IMG/VR virus record: IMGVR_UViG_2695420718_000006
Direction: 5' to 3' (one strand)
From: a virus
Lineage: Duplodnaviria > Heunggongvirae > Uroviricota > Caudoviricetes
Length of the DNA: 9,648 bases
How positions within the stretch are numbered: the first letter of the stretch is position 1; each line of letters begins with the position of its first letter. A program made the position numbers and the translations under genes. Shown piece by piece: positions 1 through 9,648 of this stretch. Below the pieces are notes generated by a model. The model made no database searches and was not told where the DNA came from. It saw nothing but the letters and a program-made list of their open reading frames with translations.

Positions 1-3
1 AGA

Positions 4-4946
<4,943 letters not shown>

Positions 4947-4972
<26 letters not shown>

Positions 4973-5135
4973 TCAGCAACCCCGGTATCAGTTCATCCAG
5001 CGCGGCTGCTTTGTTCATGGCTTTGATGATATCCCGTTTCAGGAAATCAACATGTCGGTTTTCCAGTTCCGGAAAACGCCGCTGCACCGACAGGGGGATC
5101 CCGTCGAGAATACTGGCAATTTCACCTGCGATCCG
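4947..5135 (-). pseudogene. Orphan 3' fragment of the terminase small subunit gene Nu1 (last ~62 codons, no native start)
   Basis: Sequence identical to the 3' end of the intact Nu1 at 6365-6553. Translation SRIAGEIASILDGIPLSVQRRFPELENRHVDFLKRDIIKAMNKAAALDELIPGLLSEYIEQSG equals the Nu1 C-terminus. The upstream junction at 5135/5137 removes the rest of the gene; the track's 64-aa ORF starts on a junction-spanning GTG. Confidence 0.8.
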
Positions 5136-6390
5136 ACTCACCCGGCCCCCATCCCCATACGCGCATTTCGTAGCGGTCCAGCTGGGAGTCGATACCGGCG
5201 GTCAGGTAAGCCACACGGTCAGGAACGGGCGCTGAATAATGCTCTTTCCGCTCTGCCATCACTTCAGCATCCGGACGTTCGCCAATTTTCGCCTCCCACG
5301 TCTCACCGAGCGTGGTGTTTACGAAGGTTTTACGTTTTCCCGTATCCCCTTTCGTTTTCATCCAGTCTTTGACAATCTGCACCCAGGTGGTGAACGGGCT
5401 GTACGCTGTCCAGATGTGAAAGGTCACACTGTCAGGTGGCTCAATCTCTTCACCGGATGACGAAAACCAGAGAATGCCATCACGGGTCCAGATCCCGGTC
5501 TTTTCGCAGATATAACGGGCATCAGTAAAGTCCAGCTCCTGCTGGCGGATGACGCAGGCATTATGCTCGCAGAGATAAAACACGCTGGAGGGGTCATCCG
5601 GCGTCCATTTGAGGCCAAACGGCGTCTCTTTGTCGCCAAATTTAAGATACTGCTCCTCCCCGCAATGCGGGCAGGCAACATGAAAACGCATAAAATGCGG
5701 GGATTCACTGGCTGCACGCTCAATCTGACAGGTGCCTCTCACTTTGGGCGTGGAGCCACGGATGGACTTTGGCCAGACCGAGCCTTCAATACGTTTGTCG
5801 CCAAGGAACGTCGGAGAGCCTTCCTGTTCAATATCCTCATCAAAGGCAGCAAGTTCATCATAACCCGCCACATCCACTGACTTTTCACGGTAGTTTTTTG
5901 CCGCTTTACCGCCCAGGCACCAGAAGCCACGACCATTGGAAAAACGCTTCATAGTGAGCGTGTTATCCCGGTGCTTTTTGCCATACCACGGAGCCAGCGC
6001 CAGCAGCGACGGAATATCGCGGATGGTCGGCTCAACGTGGGTTTTCATAAAGTTCTCGGCATCACCATCCGTCGGCAACCAGATAAGGGTGTTGCGCTGC
6101 TTATGCTCTATAAAGTAGGCATAAACACCCAGCAGCATTTTGGAATAACCGACACGGGCAGACTTCACCACATTCACCTCACGGATGTAGTCGCTGCCCA
6201 TCGCATTCATGATGGCCCGCTGAAAGGGCAGTGTTTCCCAGCGCCCTTCCTGGTATGCGGATTCTTTCGGGAGATAGTAATTAGCATCCGCCCATTCAAC
6301 GGCGGTCTGTGGCTCCGGCCTGAACAGTGAGCGAAGCCCGGCGCGGACAAAATGCCGCAGCCTGTTAACCTGACTGTTCGATATATTCAC
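5122..6390 (-). pseudogene. Truncated terminase large subunit copy (A residues 1-418 plus 4 junction-derived residues SDRR, then stop)
   Basis: 422-aa ORF identical to the gpA N-terminus through VWGWGPGE, then diverges at the 5136 junction. Start overlaps the end of the intact Nu1 as in lambda. One T-to-S difference at residue 151 versus the other copies. Confidence 0.85.
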
Positions 6391-6910
6391 TCAGCAACCC
6401 CGGTATCAGTTCATCCAGCGCGGCTGCTTTGTTCATGGCTTTGATGATATCCCGTTTCAGGAAATCAACATGTCGGTTTTCCAGTTCCGGAAAACGCCGC
6501 TGCACCGACAGGGGGATCCCGTCGAGAATACTGGCAATTTCACCTGCGATCCGCGACAACACGAAAGTACAGAATGCGGTTTCCACCACTTCAGCGGAGT
6601 CTCTGGCATTCTTCAGTTCCTGTGCGTCGGCCTGCGCACGCGTAAGTCGATGGCGTTCGTACTCAATAGTCCCTGGCTGGAGATCTGCCTCGCTGGCCTG
6701 CCGCAGTTCTTCAACCTCCCGGCGCAGCTTTTCGTTCTCAATTTCAGCATCCCTTTCGGCATACCATTTTATGACGGCGGCAGAGTCATAAAGCACCTCA
6801 TTACCCTTGCCACCGCCTCGCAGAACGGGCATTCCCTGTTCCTGCCAGTTCTGAATGGTACGGATACTCGCACCGAAAATGTCAGCCAGCTGCTTTTTGT
6901 TGACTTCCAT
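6365..6910 (-). CDS. Nu1: Terminase small subunit Nu1, 181 aa
   Basis: Product MEVNKKQLADIFGASIRTIQNWQEQGMPVLRGGGKGNEVLYDSAAVIKWYAERD is recognised as lambda gpNu1 (winged-HTH N-terminus) at the native 181-aa length. It lies immediately downstream of cos, as in lambda. Confidence 0.95.
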   Translation of the reverse strand: MEVNKKQLADIFGASIRTIQNWQEQGMPVLRGGGKGNEVLYDSAAVIKWYAERDAEIENEKLRREVEELRQASEADLQPGTIEYERHRLTRAQADAQELKNARDSAEVVETAFCTFVLSRIAGEIASILDGIPLSVQRRFPELENRHVDFLKRDIIKAMNKAAALDELIPGLLSEYIEQSG

Positions 6911-7135
6911 TGTTCATTCCACGGACAAAAACAGAGAAAGGAAACGACAGAGGCCAAAAAGCTCGCTTTCAGCACCTGTCGTTTCCTTTCTTTTCAGGGG
7001 GTATTTTAAATAAAAACATTAAGTTACGACGAAGAAGAACGGAAACACCTTAAACCGGAAAATTTTCATAAATAGCGAAAACCCGCGAGGTCGCCGCCCC
7101 GTAACCTGTCGGATCGCCGGAAAGGACCCGCAAAA
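6911..7135 (-). other. cos: Lambda-type cos site: cosB (Nu1-binding R elements and IHF region) 6911-7087, cosN 7088-7099, cosQ-side right-end sequence 7100-7135
   Basis: Reverse complement of 6911-7099 reads GGGCGGCGACCTCGCGGGTTTTCGCTATTTATGAAAATTTTCCGGTTTAAGG...GAAAGGAAACGACAGGTGCTGAAAGCGAG..., matching the recalled lambda left end with only a few substitutions. Reverse complement of 7100-7131 matches the recalled lambda right end GCGGGTCCTTTCCGGCGATCCGACAGGTTACG. Confidence 0.9.
7088..7099 (-). other. cosN 12-nt cohesive-end sequence (AGGTCGCCGCCC on plus strand, i.e. GGGCGGCGACCT)
   Basis: Exact 12-mer of the lambda cohesive end, flanked by lambda-like left-end and right-end sequence. Confidence 0.9.
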
Positions 7136-7150
7136 TGATAATAATTATCA
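7136..7150. promoter_or_regulatory. Perfect 7-1-7 inverted repeat TGATAATaATTATCA; candidate Fur box or operator
   Basis: Arms TGATAAT (7136-7142) and ATTATCA (7144-7150) are exact reverse complements around a single centre base; the palindrome extends to 17 bp (7135-7151). It matches the 7-1-7 form of the Fur-box consensus. It sits directly next to cosQ and about 150 bp upstream of the plus-strand ORF at 7299. Confidence 0.45.
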
Positions 7151-7298
7151 TCTGCATGTCACAACGTGCATCTACGCCATCAAACCACGTCAAATAATCA
7201 ATTATGACGCAGGTATCATATTAATTGATCTGCATCAACTTAACGTAAAAACAACTTCAGACAATACAAATCAGCGACACTAAATACGGGACAACCTC

Positions 7299-7532
7299 AT
7301 GTCAACGAAGAACAGAACCCGCAGAACAACAATCCGCAACATCCGCTTTCCTAACCAAATGATTGAACAAATTAACATCGCTCTTGATCAAAAAGGGTAC
7401 GGGAATTTCTCAGCCTGGGTCATTGAAGCCTGCCGCCGGAGACTGTGCTCAGAAAAAAGAGTTTCTCCTGAAGCAAACAAAGAAAAGAGTGACATTACTG
7501 AATTGCTCAGAAAACAGATCAGACCAGATTGA
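7299..7532 (+). CDS. Small ribbon-helix-helix (Arc/MetJ/CopG-like) DNA-binding protein, 77 aa (hypothetical)
   Basis: Basic N-terminal tail RTRRTT, then a beta-strand-like alternating segment TIRNIRF, helix PNQMIEQINIALDQ, a G-x-S/T/N-type turn (GYGNFS) and a second helix AWVIEACRRRL, the canonical RHH layout. Lower GC than neighbouring phage genes. No strong Shine-Dalgarno sequence, so the start is uncertain. Confidence 0.55.
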   Translation: MSTKNRTRRTTIRNIRFPNQMIEQINIALDQKGYGNFSAWVIEACRRRLCSEKRVSPEANKEKSDITELLRKQIRPD

Positions 7533-7588
7533 AGCAATTTAGATAATCGTGCAGACTACGCCCCTCATATCACATGGAAGGTACTACA

Positions 7589-7999
7589 ATGGCTCAGGTT
7601 GCCATTTTTAAACAAATATTCGATAAAGTGCGAAATAATTTAAACTATCACTGGTTTTATTCTGAACTAAAACGTCACAATGTCTCACATTACATTTACT
7701 ATTTAGCTACAGAGAATATTCATCTTGTTCTTGAAAACGATAATACGGTTTTAATAAAAGGACAGGGTAAGGTTGTAAATGTAAGATTTTCAAAAAATAA
7801 ATGCCTTATAGAAGCCACCTTAAAAGGATTCAAATCAGGAGAGTTATCATTTTACGAATACAGGAAAAATCTTGCTACAGCAGGGGTTTTCAGATGGATT
7901 ACAAATATCCACGAAAACAAAAGGTATTACTATACCTTTGATAATTCATTACTCTTTACTGAGAACATTCAGAACACTACACAAATATTTCCGCACTAA
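7589..7999 (+). CDS. Hypothetical cargo protein, 136 aa from the SD-supported ATG (the track ORF begins 5 codons earlier at 7574)
   Basis: GGAAGG Shine-Dalgarno 7 nt upstream of ATG 7589. Very AT-rich (roughly 30% GC by eye), Tyr/Asn/Lys-rich product with no transmembrane segment. Length and position resemble, from memory, the ybcV (DUF1398) locus of the E. coli DLP12 prophage; this is not verifiable without alignment. Confidence 0.6.
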   Translation: MAQVAIFKQIFDKVRNNLNYHWFYSELKRHNVSHYIYYLATENIHLVLENDNTVLIKGQGKVVNVRFSKNKCLIEATLKGFKSGELSFYEYRKNLATAGVFRWITNIHENKRYYYTFDNSLLFTENIQNTTQIFPH

Positions 8000-8256
8000 A
8001 TCATAACGTCCGGTTTCTTCCGTGCCAGAACCGGACTCGCTGGCATGATGAAATATGTGTACCCGGTAACCCCGGTGTGCATCGTTTTTGATTATTCCCG
8101 CACACTCGCGCAGAAGGAGTTCCCCGTCGGGCTACGGTCTCTGTTAATACGGGAATACGGCGACGATACAGCGCATGATGTGTCAGGCTTGAATACCTTT
8201 ATCCTTTAAAAGGGATATCAGTTAAGTTATCCCGTGTAGGGTATAAACCATTATCA

Positions 8257-8287
8257 AAGCCACTCTGTAGGAAGTGGCTTTTGTAAT
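8257..8287 (+). terminator. Candidate intrinsic terminator for the plus-strand cargo transcript
   Basis: 8-bp perfect stem AAGCCACT / AGTGGCTT with an 8-nt loop, followed by TTTTGTAAT. Located about 260 bp downstream of the 136-aa ORF. Confidence 0.4.
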
Positions 8288-8290
8288 GGC

Positions 8291-8316
8291 AATAAAAAGC
8301 CCCGCGAATGCGAGGC
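8291..8316 (-). terminator. Candidate intrinsic terminator for minus-strand (lysis cassette) transcription
   Basis: On the minus strand: GCCUCGC-AUUC-GCGGGGC (7-bp stem with one G-U wobble) followed by UUUUUAUU. On the plus strand the same position is a C/A mismatch, so it is strand-specific. About 175 bp downstream of the Rz stop. Confidence 0.5.
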
Positions 8317-8490
8317 TAAATCCTGGTATTTGTAATGACTGGCTCTTATCTCAACGCAGCCCCTTACCGCGCGCAAAATGCTCAATATCAAGCATCAGCA
8401 ATGAGATGTTTAATCTGGATTCACTCCAGAAGTGAGCACCACCCTGTCTACAGAGCCAGATGTGAAGGATGATGAGTAAAATTATCGCTA

Positions 8491-8958
8491 TCATCGAAGG
8501 CATTGCGTCCTGATGTATTCCTGAAGCGTTCTCAGTGCTGTTTGGTCGCGGATAATTCCGTCCCGGACACCGAGAACGTTTCGTCCAGCAACTGGAGAGA
8601 GTTCGACGGTGGCATCATTGCCCATGCCGGAGGCGCTGGAGGTTTCGGCTGAGGATGGCACAGGGCATTTTCCTTTGACGAGCACCCGACCACCATTATC
8701 AAGCTTGCGCCGAAGAGCATCATTTTCAGCTTTCGCATCAGCTAACTCCTTCGTGTATTTATCATCGAGTGCATCAGCATCACGCTGGCGCTGCTGCATG
8801 TCAGTAATGGTGGCGTTCGCCTTCTCCAGTTCACTGGCCTTGTTATCGCGCTGTTCTTTGTAGGCGATTGCATTATCACGGTAATGATTAACAGCCCATG
8901 ACAGGCAGACGATGATGCAGATAACCAGAGCGGAGATAATCGCGGTTACCCTGCTCAT
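8491..8958 (-). CDS. Rz: Rz i-spanin (inner-membrane spanin), about 155 aa
   Basis: From the ATG at 8958 the product begins [30 protein letters not shown], matching the recalled lambda Rz N-terminus (N-terminal TMD plus coiled-coil-like body). Rz start ATG overlaps the R stop TGA (ATGA). The C-terminal half diverges from lambda. The track ORF begins 4 codons upstream. Confidence 0.85.
   Translation of the reverse strand: MSRVTAIISALVICIIVCLSWAVNHYRDNAIAYKEQRDNKASELEKANATITDMQQRQRDADALDDKYTKELADAKAENDALRRKLDNGGRVLVKGKCPVPSSAETSSASGMGNDATVELSPVAGRNVLGVRDGIIRDQTALRTLQEYIRTQCLR
8532..8738 (-). CDS. Rz1: Rz1 o-spanin (outer-membrane lipoprotein), 68 aa, embedded in Rz in another frame
   Basis: [21 protein letters not shown] has a signal peptide and lipobox (VVGC), followed by a proline-rich segment [16 protein letters not shown]. 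It lies entirely within Rz in a different frame, the hallmark Rz/Rz1 architecture. It resembles lambda Rz1 (MLKLKMML...). Confidence 0.8.
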   Translation of the reverse strand: MRKLKMMLFGASLIMVVGCSSKENALCHPQPKPPAPPAWAMMPPSNSLQLLDETFSVSGTELSATKQH

Positions 8959-9452
8959 TGTTGCCCCCACAAACAGACCTCACGCTCAATCTCACGACGA
9001 GTCATCAGGCCTTTCCATTGCTTACCGCCAGCGTATGCCCAGCGACGTAGCTGGTCACATGCGCCCTTGATATCGCCCTGGTTTATTTTGCGAAGAAGAG
9101 TAGATGTTCTGAAATTGCCTGCGCCCACGTTATAGACGAACGAGTAAAGAGCGCCGCGCGTTGTTTCCGGTATATCGACTTTGATGTACGGGTTAATTTG
9201 TCTGGCTACCGTGGCAAGGTCTTTATTCAGGAGGGCTTTGCATTCTGCTTCGGTATACGTTTTACCGGGAATGATGTCTTTTCCTGTATGCCCGTGACAT
9301 ACAGTCCATACGCCAACGATATCTTTGTATGGTATGTAGCTGACACCTTCCAGACCATCGTTACCACTTGGGCCAGTGATTAACACTGATGCTATAGCAA
9401 TTGCTCCGCCACCAATAGCAGCAGCAACGGCTTTTCGTAATGATGGAGGCAT
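8955..9452 (-). CDS. R: SAR endolysin (phage P21 R21-type lysozyme), 165 aa
   Basis: N-terminal Gly/Ala-rich weakly hydrophobic signal-anchor-release segment [20 protein letters not shown]; catalytic-triad positions E35, D44, T50 present ([22 protein letters not shown]). The whole sequence matches recalled R21. Start ATG overlaps the upstream holin stop (TAATG). Confidence 0.9.
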   Translation of the reverse strand: MPPSLRKAVAAAIGGGAIAIASVLITGPSGNDGLEGVSYIPYKDIVGVWTVCHGHTGKDIIPGKTYTEAECKALLNKDLATVARQINPYIKVDIPETTRGALYSFVYNVGAGNFRTSTLLRKINQGDIKGACDQLRRWAYAGGKQWKGLMTRREIEREVCLWGQQ

Positions 9453-9648
9453 TATTCACCTCTCGCAGCCTTGCGCTTATCTTCTTTAATCTTGAAATAA
9501 AGGTTTGTCAGGTACGTCAGCAGGCCAAATACCAAGCTACCCAGCACACCTATTGCTGCCCACTGTGAGGGCGTGACTTTATCGTAAGCGTAAACTGACC
9601 GCCGTATGTAGCCATCAGACGAGAATTGGTAACTTAGACGCCCATCTG
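9452..9648 (-). CDS. S: Holin, 3' portion (partial; N-terminus beyond window end); S21/pinholin-like C-terminal TMD and charged tail
   Basis: Hand translation of the minus strand gives ...[64 protein letters not shown]-stop. The C-terminal ~40 aa match recalled S21 ([13 protein letters not shown]...YLTNLYFKI...RKAARGE). It sits immediately upstream of R with a stop/start overlap. The in-window N-terminal part is unexpectedly hydrophilic. Confidence 0.55.

Noticed and set aside
8000-8490. Bor-like lipoprotein gene expected between Rz and cos by analogy with lambda
   Set aside because: No ORF with a lipoprotein signal or Bor-like sequence found on either strand in this interval.
8609-8863. 84-aa plus-strand ORF
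   Set aside because: Antisense to Rz/Rz1 with a low-complexity Ser/Ala/Leu-rich product; typical shadow ORF.
9198-9383. 61-aa plus-strand ORF
   Set aside because: Lies antisense inside the well-supported endolysin gene; no independent support.

Overview
This window is the late-gene region of a lambda-like (lambdoid) phage or prophage, with all phage genes on the minus strand. In minus-strand order (high to low coordinates): a partial S21-like holin, a P21-type SAR endolysin, the embedded Rz/Rz1 spanin pair, an AT-rich cargo island on the plus strand (a ribbon-helix-helix protein and a 136-aa hypothetical), an intact lambda-type cos site, terminase small subunit Nu1, a rearranged terminase large subunit region, gpW, portal gpB and the first codons of gpC. 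The most unusual feature is the terminase A region: two overlapping direct duplications (periods 1242 bp and 1418 bp) give three copies of the A N-terminal segment. The result is a truncated 422-aa A fragment, an orphan Nu1 3' fragment and a 1055-aa in-frame A open reading frame (native size would be 641 aa). The copies differ by patches of mostly synonymous transitions, so either the arrangement is a chimeric assembly of related prophage alleles or it arose by recombination between diverged copies. The second item worth follow-up is a perfect 7-1-7 palindrome TGATAATAATTATCA (Fur-box consensus) next to cos, upstream of the cargo genes. All calls come from reading the sequence and recalled protein families; no database search was run.
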